IMG/VR virus record: IMGVR_UViG_3300027278_000016
Location: 1 to 54,853 of that record
DNA from: a virus
Taxonomy: Duplodnaviria > Caudoviricetes
DNA: 54,853 nt
Reading direction: 5' to 3' (one strand)
Shown: positions 8,100-18,423 of the stretch, piece by piece
How positions within the stretch are numbered: position 1 is the stretch's first letter
Layout of the letters: each line of letters opens with the position of its first letter
Made by a program: the position numbers and the translations under genes
The notes under the pieces: model-generated
Told to the model about the DNA's origin: nothing
Databases searched by the model: none
Seen by the model: the letters and a program-made list of their open reading frames with translations, nothing else

Positions 8100-11000
8100 A
8101 TGGCCAGAAAAATTTTAACCCCAACAGGAATTGAGTTTGCACCACTAACAGGAACTCTAAAGCTTCCAATACTTATTCGCAGAGAAAAGCTTTTGTTAAT
8201 TACTAACGTGACAGTAAACAAGATTGTTTACAATTTTGCAGACCCATCCCTTGGCCTATACGACCACATCCTAGATACTACTACAGATCAAGCAAGAGGA
8301 TCTACAACACTTGTTTTGCAATACAATACAGCAAACATGCTTTCAACAGATAGATTCCAGATTGTATATGATGATAAGTCTGAAAGCTTTGAGCCAGCAG
8401 ATTACATGATTGATGCGGTAGGAAAGCTTCGTACAGCTAATCCAAAGTCTCTTATTGATACTGACTTTGAATACGGTATTCAGAACTCTAAGTGGGAAAC
8501 ACTTACAATGATTCAAAATTATCCAGGTTTTTATGGAAGATCAACTGGAGGAAACGCTATTGATCTTCAGCTTCTTTCAGGAGATGGAACAGCAACATCA
8601 TCTAGATTTTCAAAGATTTCAGGAGTATGTAACTCTCCACACGGACTTAGCGCAGGAGATGTTATTTCTGTTCAGGAAACAACAACAGACAATGCAGACG
8701 GAACATTTTTAGTTACACCAACAGGATCAACTACATTTGAATACACAGCAAAAGGTATTGTAAGCGGAAGCATCCTTGATGGAACACTAACATCAATTTA
8801 TGGTGGAGGTATTTTTGATAATGCTCACATAATGGGTGGAATTGTTGGAAACCTAGGAGCATTTTCTGCAGTATCAGATCAAGCTACTCCATCAAGAATT
8901 ACTATTGTTTCTCCAAAACCTCACGGTCTTCTTCCAGGAACACCAATTCTTGTTACACAAAAAGAGGGCAGCACTTTTTACGGAAGCTTCTTTATTGATG
9001 GGGTGGATACACCAAATTCAATGACATTTTTAGCAGCAGGACAAATAAACAATCCAATTAATACAACATCCCAAGGTGTTTATGCAAAACCAGAAGGTTA
9101 TGTAAACCACAGACCACACGACGGCGGAGTTATTCTTTCAACAGGAAATAACGTTTGTGGAACACAAACAATGCGTCAGACACGTAGATATTTTAGATAT
9201 CAGTCTGGTAAGTCAATTCAATTCTCAACAGGAACAAAGTTTACACCAACATTCCAGGCAGAATATATTGCTTCAACTGGCCTAGTACCAGGGTCACAAA
9301 ATATTACAGTAACAACAAATGCTTCTCACAACTTACAACCAGGCGCTTATGTAAAAATTGATGGCGTTGAAGTTTCAGGTACATATAATCCATTTAATGG
9401 TATCCACCTTGTTACAGCAATTATTGATGCTACAACATTTAGATATAACGTTAACTTTACAAGCACACTATCAGCAATTGATCAGATCCCAGGCGGCGTA
9501 AATGTATTCGTTACAGCTTACCGATGGAAAGGTGCATCAACAAGAGCAGGTCTTTATTCAGAACAAGATGGATTCTTCTTTGAATATGACGGATCTGGAA
9601 TTTTTGCTTGCCGTCAATGGGCAACAAATACCTTAAGAGGAAATGTTGGAGTTACACAATATAGCTCAACAGTTACAGGAGATGCAACAATATTTAGAAA
9701 GCAGTTGGTTTCAGGAGATAAAATTGTAATACGTGGTCAAACCTACAGAGTGATTCAGATTGCATCAGATTCAGCTATGACAATTGCACCAGCATACCGA
9801 GGAGCTTCTCAACCAAGCGTTAAGGTCCGTAAAGTACAAATTATTAAAGTTCCACAATCAGAATGGAACCTAGATAAGTTTGACGGTACAGGCGCTTCAT
9901 CACACAAGTTTGACCCTTCAAAAATGCAGATGACATATATTGATTATTCTTGGTATGGTGCTGGAACAATTAGATATGGATTTAGAGGACAATCAGGTAA
10001 GATCACCTGGTGCCATGAAATTTCAAATAACAATAATAATTATGCAGCATATCAAAGATCAGGTAACCTCCCTGGAAGATATGAAGCTATTAATGAGCCA
10101 ACAAAGTTTTCAAAGTTGGTTGCTGGTGGAACTTCAGTAAGAGGATCTAATCTTTTGCCAAATGATACTGTTATGTACATTGACAATGTTGATTATTGGC
10201 CAGCAGATGGATATATTAGAATACAAGATGAAAACTATGTTGAAATTGCACGTTATACATCTATAGGTGCGTATAACCAAACAGCAAAGGGCTATGCTAT
10301 GAATCTTATTCGTAGACAGCCATATGTGACATACTATGCTGGACAGGCCTATAGCTTAAACGGAACTTATGTTTCAGCAACATTTAGACCAGATGCAACT
10401 ATTCCTGGAGGATCAGGATCTGCACAAGTTTCAGTCCAAGTTATTTCTCAAGAATGTGCTCCTGTTATGAGCCACTGGGGATCTTCAGTAATTATGGACG
10501 GAGGCTTTGATGATGATGCTTCCTTTATCTTTACAGCTGGTATGCAGCGCTACTTGCAGGTCGGTGGTTCTGGATCTGTTTCAGCAACTATCGTTTCTAG
10601 AGTAAGAGCATCGGGAGTTGCAACAGTTACAACTTCAGCACCTCACTCATTGCTTGCAGGATACAATGCAACAATTTCAGGCATAGATGATATATCTGTA
10701 ATTACTTATAAACAGCTTACATCAAATACAGCAAGCTTAACAACATCTGTTGCTCACAAACATAGAACAGGACAGACTGTCACCATCTCTGGTGTAGATT
10801 CAGTATTTAATGGCACATACACAATTACAGGTACAACATCTACAACAATTCTTTATACTAGAGCATCAACAAATATTCCATTCCAAGCAGCAGTGGGTTC
10901 AGCCCTTACGTCAAGTTTTTACAATGGAACATTCCTAATAAGCAACGTAGGAACAAATACAATTATGTATGCAGTTGCACAGGTTGACGAAACCTCACAA

Positions 11001-11588
11001 TCTGTTAGCCCAAATGGTGCCGCTGTTCAAACATTCGGTGCTACACAGCAAGCACGTCCTCTAATTTCTCTTAGAGTGGCTCCTTCTGTAGATAACGGTA
11101 CTGGACGTAACTTCGGTCTTCGTGAATTATCAAATAACATGCAGCTAAAATTGTTTAATATTAACATTCTTTCACAAGGTCAGTTCTTGATTGAAGGAAT
11201 TTTAAATGCACAGTCACTTAACGGTGTTGCAGTTCCTACAGCTTGGGCAACCTCAAGAGTGGGTTCTGGATCACTAGCACAAATTATTTACCATGATGGT
11301 ACAGGAACTACTGGTTCACCAGTTCTATCTCCTACAAATACCCTTTCTGGAGGTGACCGTGTGTTTGCATTCTACACAGATAATGCTGGTGGTACTAACT
11401 ACTCAGTTACTCGTGTAGATCTTACAAAGGCTCGTGATCTAGGAAACTCAATTCTTAATGGAGATGGAAGCGTGGCTTGTCCAGGTTTCCCAAACGCTCC
11501 AGACATTCTAACAATCTTAGCAACCAACCTCGGTTCATCAGCAGCTAATATTTCAGCTACGCTGTCATGGACGGAAGCACAGGCTTAA
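8100..11588 (+). CDS. Large putative virion structural protein with repeated H-x-L-x-x-G beta modules
   Basis: 1162 aa. Repeats PHGLSAGDVISV / PHGLLPGTPILV / SHNLQPGAYVKI / PHSLLAGYNATI / AHKHRTGQTVTI; also SLIDTDFEYG and RQTRRYFRYQSGK motifs. Confidence 0.7.
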   Translation: MARKILTPTGIEFAPLTGTLKLPILIRREKLLLITNVTVNKIVYNFADPSLGLYDHILDTTTDQARGSTTLVLQYNTANMLSTDRFQIVYDDKSESFEPADYMIDAVGKLRTANPKSLIDTDFEYGIQNSKWETLTMIQNYPGFYGRSTGGNAIDLQLLSGDGTATSSRFSKISGVCNSPHGLSAGDVISVQETTTDNADGTFLVTPTGSTTFEYTAKGIVSGSILDGTLTSIYGGGIFDNAHIMGGIVGNLGAFSAVSDQATPSRITIVSPKPHGLLPGTPILVTQKEGSTFYGSFFIDGVDTPNSMTFLAAGQINNPINTTSQGVYAKPEGYVNHRPHDGGVILSTGNNVCGTQTMRQTRRYFRYQSGKSIQFSTGTKFTPTFQAEYIASTGLVPGSQNITVTTNASHNLQPGAYVKIDGVEVSGTYNPFNGIHLVTAIIDATTFRYNVNFTSTLSAIDQIPGGVNVFVTAYRWKGASTRAGLYSEQDGFFFEYDGSGIFACRQWATNTLRGNVGVTQYSSTVTGDATIFRKQLVSGDKIVIRGQTYRVIQIASDSAMTIAPAYRGASQPSVKVRKVQIIKVPQSEWNLDKFDGTGASSHKFDPSKMQMTYIDYSWYGAGTIRYGFRGQSGKITWCHEISNNNNNYAAYQRSGNLPGRYEAINEPTKFSKLVAGGTSVRGSNLLPNDTVMYIDNVDYWPADGYIRIQDENYVEIARYTSIGAYNQTAKGYAMNLIRRQPYVTYYAGQAYSLNGTYVSATFRPDATIPGGSGSAQVSVQVISQECAPVMSHWGSSVIMDGGFDDDASFIFTAGMQRYLQVGGSGSVSATIVSRVRASGVATVTTSAPHSLLAGYNATISGIDDISVITYKQLTSNTASLTTSVAHKHRTGQTVTISGVDSVFNGTYTITGTTSTTILYTRASTNIPFQAAVGSALTSSFYNGTFLISNVGTNTIMYAVAQVDETSQSVSPNGAAVQTFGATQQARPLISLRVAPSVDNGTGRNFGLRELSNNMQLKLFNINILSQGQFLIEGILNAQSLNGVAVPTAWATSRVGSGSLAQIIYHDGTGTTGSPVLSPTNTLSGGDRVFAFYTDNAGGTNYSVTRVDLTKARDLGNSILNGDGSVACPGFPNAPDILTILATNLGSSAANISATLSWTEAQA

Positions 11589-11591
11589 AAA

Positions 11592-12260
11592 ATGCCAGAC
11601 TACTCATCCTTAACTACTCAGATAACTCAATTTAAAACAGCAGCAACTGCTTTAATGACTGATCCTGCTAACCCACTAGATGCAAATGAGCTACAACTTG
11701 TTGGAGCAGCATTAAATCAAATGGGTAATACTTTAGGAGTTGCTGATATTAATAACTCAGTTGTTGATGGCGTTGCAACAATAAATTATTATAAAGATAA
11801 TGCAATAACCGCATTTAATACAGGCACAAATGGAACAAGATTAACTTCAGCAGAATCAAATATTACAAACTTGCAGGGCAGAGTTACAAATGCTGAAGGA
11901 TTTATTTCTACAAATGGAGCTCAATACACAACACTTCAATCTACTGTATCTGCCCTTCAAACATCTTTATCAACAGTACCATCATCTTGGCAAATTACAA
12001 CAACAAGCATGACTGCATTAAATAATGCTAGAATCTTTGTTAACTTCGGCGGAGTTGTGGTCACTCTTCCACTAAACCCAACATTAGGATACCAAGTACA
12101 GCTTATTGACATGACTGGCACTGCAGCAACAACCAACTGGACGGTTGGAAGAAACGGACAAAGAATCCAGGGCCTTGCAGAAGACCTAGTGGTTAATATT
12201 AACGGAGCTAGAATGACATTAGTTTATTCAGATGCCGTGAGAGGATGGACACTAACATAA
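11592..12260 (+). CDS. Putative fibre protein (coiled-coil N-terminus, beta C-terminal domain)
   Basis: N-terminus is paralogous to 13640-13972; C-terminal VTLPLNPTLG...IDMTG...RNGQRIQG...LVYSD...GW module. Confidence 0.65.
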   Translation: MPDYSSLTTQITQFKTAATALMTDPANPLDANELQLVGAALNQMGNTLGVADINNSVVDGVATINYYKDNAITAFNTGTNGTRLTSAESNITNLQGRVTNAEGFISTNGAQYTTLQSTVSALQTSLSTVPSSWQITTTSMTALNNARIFVNFGGVVVTLPLNPTLGYQVQLIDMTGTAATTNWTVGRNGQRIQGLAEDLVVNINGARMTLVYSDAVRGWTLT

Positions 12261-13195
12261 TGGCAAATTTTTCATCAGTATATATTCCAACTACGGGAGT
12301 AACTCAAACATCATTAGGAATTACAGCGGCATCACTAAACATTCAAAGTGGTCTTAGCTCAGTCCTTCCAGAAGTAACTGACGGTTCAAGAAGACCATAT
12401 TCTATTCCTTCTATTTATTCAGTAAATCACAGAGGTAATGCTTTCATGAATAACTATTCATGGGATAACTCAGATGACTGGACAAACTTTTATACATATC
12501 TAACAGGTACACAGCCATGGGATGCTGAGAGAGCATTTTGGTACGCACTTGGCGGATATAGAAATATGAACGAAAATAGAAAGTCTTTTTGGTCAGCAGC
12601 ATATAAGCGCCTAGACTTTGCTACAAACAACATGTGTGGTACCTCAAACTCACGTATGCACACACACCCAAGAACAACATGCTACGGACCATTTGGATCT
12701 CGTGTAATGTTTATTCGTAATTTTGGATCAACCGCCTCAACCGTATCGGTTTGGGGATTAATTTCAACATACTGGTGCAGTGGATATGACGGGGCGGGGC
12801 TTCAAGTAGGAAGACCAACTTATTCATCAGGTACAAAATATGCTCAAGCAAACGGAATGTCATGGACTAACCTTGCAACATATACAGGCGGTAGCCCAAC
12901 AAATGCTGGTATATCAGGATCTTTCGTATTGCAGCCAAATGAATCCTGTGTAGTTTTACTATGTAATACATTCTATTACTGGACAGATACAGGAAACCAG
13001 TATCACTGGAATGAGAATAATTCATTTTATAACCTACAAGGAACATTTACTGGATCAAATAACTTTATTCAGCCAGATATGAGATTGACACAAGCAGCAC
13101 TTATATTTAATGAAGTAAATAATGCTAACTATACATCAACAATAGATTCCTATAAAATTTGGAATTTTGCAGCTACAGCGTTTGGAGATAGATAA
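12260..13195 (+). CDS. Putative fibre tip/receptor-binding protein
   Basis: TAATG-coupled start; aromatic/Asn-rich; followed by a fibre chaperone gene. Confidence 0.55.
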   Translation: MANFSSVYIPTTGVTQTSLGITAASLNIQSGLSSVLPEVTDGSRRPYSIPSIYSVNHRGNAFMNNYSWDNSDDWTNFYTYLTGTQPWDAERAFWYALGGYRNMNENRKSFWSAAYKRLDFATNNMCGTSNSRMHTHPRTTCYGPFGSRVMFIRNFGSTASTVSVWGLISTYWCSGYDGAGLQVGRPTYSSGTKYAQANGMSWTNLATYTGGSPTNAGISGSFVLQPNESCVVLLCNTFYYWTDTGNQYHWNENNSFYNLQGTFTGSNNFIQPDMRLTQAALIFNEVNNANYTSTIDSYKIWNFAATAFGDR

Positions 13196-13602
13196 TGACA
13201 GAATTTAAAAAGTATGCTAGATTTAGCGCAGATCATAACATTCAGATTGAAACTAGAACATGGCACGAATTTCCAACAGACAACACAGAAGATGGATCAG
13301 AGTGGTTTGAGGTTGATGAATTATTTCCAGATAGAAGACATTTAATCTATAACGATGGAAATCCACGAGCAATGAATGACGAAGAGCATGAGGGGTGGGA
13401 AGCAGGTATCCTTTTGAGCGGAGCATTAAATGTTGCAAGAGCTAAAAGAGGTACCCTATTAAAATTATCAGATTGGGTAGAGTCATCTACTTTATCTGAT
13501 GAGAAGAAAGAAGAGTGGAGAGTCTACAGACAAGCCCTCAGAGATCTTCCAGAAAGCGTAACCGATCATAATATTGTATATCCTACGGAGCCTACTTTAT
13601 AA
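13195..13602 (+). CDS. Tail fibre assembly chaperone-like protein
   Basis: RxKRxxLLxxSDW...WRVYRQALRDLP...YPTEP motif. Confidence 0.85.
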   Translation: MTEFKKYARFSADHNIQIETRTWHEFPTDNTEDGSEWFEVDELFPDRRHLIYNDGNPRAMNDEEHEGWEAGILLSGALNVARAKRGTLLKLSDWVESSTLSDEKKEEWRVYRQALRDLPESVTDHNIVYPTEPTL

Positions 13603-13610
13603 TGTCATTA

Positions 13611-13619
13611 TGCTATACT
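13611..13619 (+). promoter_or_regulatory. Extended -10 promoter TGCTATACT
   Basis: Identical to the element at 220-228; GAGGTG SD before ATG 13640. Confidence 0.6.
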
Positions 13620-13639
13620 ATACAAAGAGGTGATCAATA

Positions 13640-13972
13640 ATGCCAGATTATGCAAGCTTAACGGCTCAAGTAGATCTATTTAAAACTAAGGTAACTAGCC
13701 TTAGCGGATCAACGCTGGGCGCACAAGAATTGGTTTATTTAGCAAAAGCTATTGAATCAATGGGAAATCTTTTGGGAGTCAACGACGTTTTGGCAGCTAC
13801 AAACACAAAGCTTAACGACATCTCAACTGCAGTGACTGGCGCTGTAACAACAGTCGCTACTGCGGGAAGCACACAAGTAGCAGCAGTAGGTGCGGCAGGT
13901 GCGACACAAGTAGCAGCCGTTGCAAACGAATTAAATAATTTTACAATTTATCAGAACATGGGAGTAATATAA
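13640..13972 (+). CDS. Hypothetical virion protein, paralogue of the 11592 N-terminus
   Basis: MPDYASLTAQV...ELV...MGNLLGVND versus MPDYSSLTTQI...ELQ...MGNTLGVAD. Confidence 0.75.
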   Translation: MPDYASLTAQVDLFKTKVTSLSGSTLGAQELVYLAKAIESMGNLLGVNDVLAATNTKLNDISTAVTGAVTTVATAGSTQVAAVGAAGATQVAAVANELNNFTIYQNMGVI

Positions 13973-13973
13973 A

Positions 13974-14294
13974 ATGCCAACAACAGTCAGTTTACCAGCA
14001 CGTTTTTATGCAGGAACGCTTACAAACGCAGAAGTAGGAGTTTGGACAGTTCCAGCAGCGGAAACAGATGTGATTACATCAATCACAGCAATGAATATCA
14101 CACAAGTAGCACAAACATTTGATGTTAAGATGGCAGGAACATTCTTGGCTTACCAGCTAAGCCTTCCACCACAAACATTTATGACACTAGATATTAAGCA
14201 AGTTCTTAACACAGCAGAGAGCATTCTTGTAAAAGCCTCAAATGGCTCAGCAGTTACAATGTTCATTTCTGGCGTAAAAATAACATCATCTTAA
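13974..14294 (+). CDS. Small beta-sandwich virion protein resembling the N-terminal domain of 18424-20802
   Basis: P.RF...[WY]T...I..IT..N...L...L...ESI......ISGV pattern shared between the two. Confidence 0.6.
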   Translation: MPTTVSLPARFYAGTLTNAEVGVWTVPAAETDVITSITAMNITQVAQTFDVKMAGTFLAYQLSLPPQTFMTLDIKQVLNTAESILVKASNGSAVTMFISGVKITSS

Positions 14295-14311
14295 TTTAAA
14301 GGAGTAACAAA

Positions 14312-15304
14312 ATGCCACAATCCAACACCACGTCGTCTATATATTTACCAGGACTTACAACAACAATTAACACCGCTATCACTAATGGCTTGAATGCTGG
14401 CATTACAGCACAAGCAATTGCAGCAGGTGGAGTTAGCTCTATGTACTTGCCATTAGAGTCAAGACTATACAGCTCTGGTTCTTGGACACGTCCAGCAAAC
14501 TCAGGACCAGTAATTAAACTTGTTCTTGTTGGAGGAGGCGGTTCAGGTGGGTGCGGTGTTTCATGGAGCCATAATGGCGCAGGTGGCGGAGGAGCAGGAC
14601 AGCTTGTTGAGAGATGGCTAGATATTTCATCAGTTGCAATTGGTGGAACAATTCCAGTTACAATTGGAAATTTTGGTGCTGCTGTAGGTGGAAACTCAAA
14701 CGGTAATAATGGAGGAAACTCTTCATTTGGTTCTAACGGAAACGCTTACTATGTAATTGCATACGGTGGTGGCGGAGGAGGATACCCATACGGCACAGGA
14801 AATAACGGTAACTCAGGTTCAATGGGTCAGGGAGCAGGAAATATTAACGGTGGAGGCTCAGGCGGAGGCGGAGGAGCAGGCGGAGATTGGCAGTACGGAG
14901 CAGCAGGCGGCGGCGGCGGAGCAGGCGGTGCTGGACAAAACGGAATGAATACAACAGTTCAGAATGGAACTGGAAGCCCAGGATATCCTGGAGGAATAGG
15001 TTTTGGTCACGGATCTTCAGGCGGAGGAACAGGATCTAACCACAGCTGGACTTCATGGATTGGTACTGGAGGAGCAGGCGGAAATGGTCTTTATGGAATT
15101 GCAGGCGGAGGCGGTGGCGGAGGCGGAGCAGGCGGAGGAGGATCATGTGGCGGTGGCGCAGGAGGTTCTCAAACAATAGATAACACAGGTGGAACAGGCA
15201 TGGACGGAACTGGTTCAGGCGGCGGAGGAAATAATCATTCAGGTGGAAATGGTCAAAGAGGAGGTACTGGCGTAGCTATTATTACATACTACGTTAAGGC
15301 ATAA
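14312..15304 (+). CDS. Glycine-rich virion protein (fibre tip-like)
   Basis: SGSWTRP...LVGGGGSGG, many Gly runs, C-terminal GVAIITYYVKA. Confidence 0.8.
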   Translation: MPQSNTTSSIYLPGLTTTINTAITNGLNAGITAQAIAAGGVSSMYLPLESRLYSSGSWTRPANSGPVIKLVLVGGGGSGGCGVSWSHNGAGGGGAGQLVERWLDISSVAIGGTIPVTIGNFGAAVGGNSNGNNGGNSSFGSNGNAYYVIAYGGGGGGYPYGTGNNGNSGSMGQGAGNINGGGSGGGGGAGGDWQYGAAGGGGGAGGAGQNGMNTTVQNGTGSPGYPGGIGFGHGSSGGGTGSNHSWTSWIGTGGAGGNGLYGIAGGGGGGGGAGGGGSCGGGAGGSQTIDNTGGTGMDGTGSGGGGNNHSGGNGQRGGTGVAIITYYVKA

Positions 15305-15306
15305 CT

Positions 15307-15585
15307 ATGAGAGATTACGTATTTATTAATGAAGATGGTACAGTACACAACATACTAAACCTAGTTGGACCAGAAGCAATCGAAGCAAACGATGATCTTA
15401 AAGATCTTTTGCACTTTGACTACACAGACTGGGCAATAGAAGATAAACCAGCACCAAGCTGGACATACAATAAGGAAACAGAAGTCTGGACAAAAATTCT
15501 TCCGTTTATTTCACCAGTTGTTGTAACAAACCTTGTACCACTTGAGGAACCAGCAGTAGATGAACTTACAGGGGGTAACAACTAA
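15307..15585 (+). CDS. Small accessory protein associated with the Gly-rich protein
   Basis: Coupled in the operon; P-x-P-SWTY motif. Confidence 0.7.
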   Translation: MRDYVFINEDGTVHNILNLVGPEAIEANDDLKDLLHFDYTDWAIEDKPAPSWTYNKETEVWTKILPFISPVVVTNLVPLEEPAVDELTGGNN

Positions 15586-15830
15586 TGTCAAGAACATGGG
15601 CACTCTTAGTAGATAATATTATTGGTAATGTTATTGTTGCAGATCAAGAATTTATTGAATCTCATCCAGATTTTTCTCAATTAGAAAAAATTGATATAAC
15701 AGATTATAATCCACAACCAGGAGTTATGTGGAAAATAGAAGATAATAAGTTTATAGCACCAGATCATGTTAAGCCAAAAGCAGAACATGTTTTGGATGAC
15801 GGACTTCTTGAAATCGAGGTAAAAGCATAA
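15585..15830 (+). CDS. Small accessory protein associated with the Gly-rich protein
   Basis: WALLVDNIIGNVIVAD...PQPGVMW...FIAP; TAATG coupling on both sides. Confidence 0.7.
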   Translation: MSRTWALLVDNIIGNVIVADQEFIESHPDFSQLEKIDITDYNPQPGVMWKIEDNKFIAPDHVKPKAEHVLDDGLLEIEVKA

Positions 15831-16765
15831 TGGCAACATACGGAACGATTAATCAAATTTATGTACCAGGATTAGATACTGCAATTCAATCAGCAACAAC
15901 AACACTTTCAACATCTGTTGCTGTTCCTCTTATTGCTGCTAACCTTGCAGGATTTTATAATGCATATGAAGTTTCAATTTTAAGCGGTGGAACTTGGGTA
16001 AGACCAACTAACAGCGCAGGTATAGCAGAAGTAACCCTTGTCGGCGGAGGCGGAGGCGGAGGTTGCTCTAACGGCTCAACTAACCACGGCGGAGGCGGAG
16101 CAGGCCAATTACTAAAAAGACTTCTTGATATATCATCAGTAGCAGTAGGTCAAGGAATTTCAATTGGTATTGCATCAGGTGGAACATGTAACGCACAAGG
16201 TGGAAACTCAACATTTGGAACTTCAGGACAGCCATTCTACATGGTTGCATACGGCGGAGGATCAACACAAGGTAACGGACAATCTGGTTCAAATGGAGCG
16301 GGAGCTCAAAATAGAACAGGAATTGGCTCAGGAGGAGGCGGCCAAGGTAACTGGCAGAACTCATGGGGCGGCGGAGGCGGCGGAGGCGGAGCTGGAGGCG
16401 CTGGAGAGTACCCTAATATATTCTTCTATAACTCTGGAGGATACTCTGGATACTATGGAGGATCAAGAAGCTCATCAGAAGGTTCATCAGGTGGTGGACC
16501 AGGTGCAGCTAACTCAAATGACTCTGGAAGAAGATCTGCTGGAGGACGTGGAGGTCCAGGCCTTTATGGAATTGCAGGCGGCGGAGGCGGATCTGCTAGA
16601 GGTGTTGGCGGACCAGGAGCAAACGGTGGAGGACAAGGCTTCGGAGATTATATCGGAACCCCTGGTGCAGATGGAAGAGCAAATACTGGTTCAGGCGGTG
16701 GTGGCGGCGGAGGAAACACTGCTGGCTCAGGAATCTGCAAAATTACCTATTGGGTAAAAGCTTAA
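15830..16765 (+). CDS. Glycine-rich virion protein (paralogue of 14312-15304)
   Basis: GTWVRP, LVGGGGGGG, GAGQL..R.LDISSVA.G, GLYGIAGGGG and ITYWVKA are shared with the paralogue. Confidence 0.8.
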   Translation: MATYGTINQIYVPGLDTAIQSATTTLSTSVAVPLIAANLAGFYNAYEVSILSGGTWVRPTNSAGIAEVTLVGGGGGGGCSNGSTNHGGGGAGQLLKRLLDISSVAVGQGISIGIASGGTCNAQGGNSTFGTSGQPFYMVAYGGGSTQGNGQSGSNGAGAQNRTGIGSGGGGQGNWQNSWGGGGGGGGAGGAGEYPNIFFYNSGGYSGYYGGSRSSSEGSSGGGPGAANSNDSGRRSAGGRGGPGLYGIAGGGGGSARGVGGPGANGGGQGFGDYIGTPGADGRANTGSGGGGGGGNTAGSGICKITYWVKA

Positions 16766-16792
16766 TAATTAAAGAAATAAAAGGAGAATAAA

Positions 16793-17230
16793 ATGCCAGT
16801 ATCAATGACCCCACAAGCTGTTACACCATCTTTGTGGACATACACATACCTTCAGGCCCCAATTAATGGCCAAGGGTTTACATACTTTAACATCCCTGTT
16901 GAGTTTTCTGATAAAGGAACAATCAACGCTGGAGGATCTGCAGCATGCGATCTAGCAGCAGCTGGTGTATTTAAGATGATTGCAAACGGTAATATGACAG
17001 TGTCATTTACAAACTATCCATCAACAGCAAAAGCTGCATTTTGGCAAGTTGAAATTAAGGCTGGCGGATCATATACAATTACATGGCCAGGAGTTATTAA
17101 GTGGGACGGTGGAGGAGCTGCAAACGTAGCACCACTCTTATCAACAAACACAACACTCTTGAACTTCTACACAAAAGACGGTGGAACAACTGTCTACGGC
17201 GGATACGCATTCGCTGATTTATACGTATAA
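16793..17230 (+). CDS. Hypothetical virion protein (fibre C-terminal-type domain)
   Basis: AAAGGAG SD; TITWPGVIKWDGG..P...FYTKDGGTT.YG motif typical of phage fibre ends. Confidence 0.65.
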   Translation: MPVSMTPQAVTPSLWTYTYLQAPINGQGFTYFNIPVEFSDKGTINAGGSAACDLAAAGVFKMIANGNMTVSFTNYPSTAKAAFWQVEIKAGGSYTITWPGVIKWDGGGAANVAPLLSTNTTLLNFYTKDGGTTVYGGYAFADLYV

Positions 17231-17248
17231 TAATTAAAAGGAGAATCC

Positions 17249-17692
17249 ATGTACGCAATAGTTAAGAATAATGAAGTTACAAATATTGGTGAAATAACAG
17301 TATTGTTTCCTAATACTTCATTCCCTTCTAACGGAGAATATGGAGACTTTATAAAAGAAAATGATTTACATCCAGTTATTACTGATTTAGAGTATGATTC
17401 AAATACTGAAAGATTAGTTCCATGTGCACCATACATTAAAAGCAAAAAAGTTTATAATGTTGAAGTACAACCAATTTCTGCCGATGATCAAAAAGATATC
17501 TTGCTGGCGCATATCGATTTTGAATTAATATCTACAGAGGGACTTGAGACTAAATCAGATTTAGCTGCAAAAGATAAGCAGGCTTGGGTAAAGTATAGAG
17601 AAAAGCTTGTATTGCTAAAAGAATATTCAAATGTATCAGAGATTACATGGCCAGAAAAGCCTGTAGTCTATGGTGGAACAGAGGAAAACTAA
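17249..17692 (+). CDS. Tail fibre assembly chaperone-like protein
   Basis: LFPNTSFP N-terminal motif and degenerate AWVKYREKL...ITWPEKP C-terminal motif. Confidence 0.65.
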   Translation: MYAIVKNNEVTNIGEITVLFPNTSFPSNGEYGDFIKENDLHPVITDLEYDSNTERLVPCAPYIKSKKVYNVEVQPISADDQKDILLAHIDFELISTEGLETKSDLAAKDKQAWVKYREKLVLLKEYSNVSEITWPEKPVVYGGTEEN

Positions 17693-18409
17693 TTGTTACC
17701 TAATCAGCGTTCAAATTTTCGTAGAGCTAGATTTACAACACTTGGACTAAGACTTCACCTAGATGGAGCCCTTCCTGCCACAGTGGTTAGAGACGGATCA
17801 AACTTTGTTTCACAATGGAATGATAAGTCAGGCGCACAACGAAACATGGTTCAGGCAACACAAGCAAACAAGCCTTTGTTTTTAGCAACTGGTTTAGGTG
17901 GACTAGGAGCCCTTCAATTTGACGGTACAGATGACTTCATGACATTTTCTGATCAAACACTTGCATATATAGCATCTCGTTCATTTACTGTTTTTTACGT
18001 TGCATCAAAGCCTGCAAACGCTAACACATGGATATTTGGCGGTACCGCTACAGGAACAAGAACAAATTTTTATGCAGGAAATTTAACCGCAAACACACAT
18101 AGAACTGGATTCTATAACGATGATCAAGGTTCTATTGTCACAGCTGCAGCAGCAGGAACAACTGAAATTTATACAATTGTTTACGATTCATCAAATAACC
18201 AAAGAACTATAAGAAGAAATAGAGTTGAAGTTTCACGTGCCGTAACAAGTGGATCGGTAGCCTCTATGACTGGCCAAGCAATTGGCAGATACATCTCTTC
18301 TTATGGAAACTTTAAAATTGGAGAATTCTTAATTTACGATAGAGCTTTGCAGTTTGCAGAACAAGAAACTGTTGAAAAAGATCTAATGTCAAAATGGTCT
18401 ATAATCTAA
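17693..18409 (+). CDS. LamG/concanavalin A-like domain virion protein
   Basis: LHLDG...VSQWNDKSG...QATQANKP...FDGTDDFM...IGEFLIYDRAL...L..KW. Confidence 0.75.
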   Translation: MLPNQRSNFRRARFTTLGLRLHLDGALPATVVRDGSNFVSQWNDKSGAQRNMVQATQANKPLFLATGLGGLGALQFDGTDDFMTFSDQTLAYIASRSFTVFYVASKPANANTWIFGGTATGTRTNFYAGNLTANTHRTGFYNDDQGSIVTAAAAGTTEIYTIVYDSSNNQRTIRRNRVEVSRAVTSGSVASMTGQAIGRYISSYGNFKIGEFLIYDRALQFAEQETVEKDLMSKWSII

Positions 18410-18423
18410 GGGGGATTTAAAGT

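Noticed and set aside
16164-16757. 197-aa alternative-frame + strand ORF
   Set aside because: Frame shadow of GGN-rich codons in the Gly-rich gene (same for 14757-14948); no independent evidence of expression.
14312-16765. Diversity-generating retroelement (TR/VR pair)
   Set aside because: The similar segments are short patches in two full paralogous genes, differences are not adenine-specific, and no reverse transcriptase is in the window.
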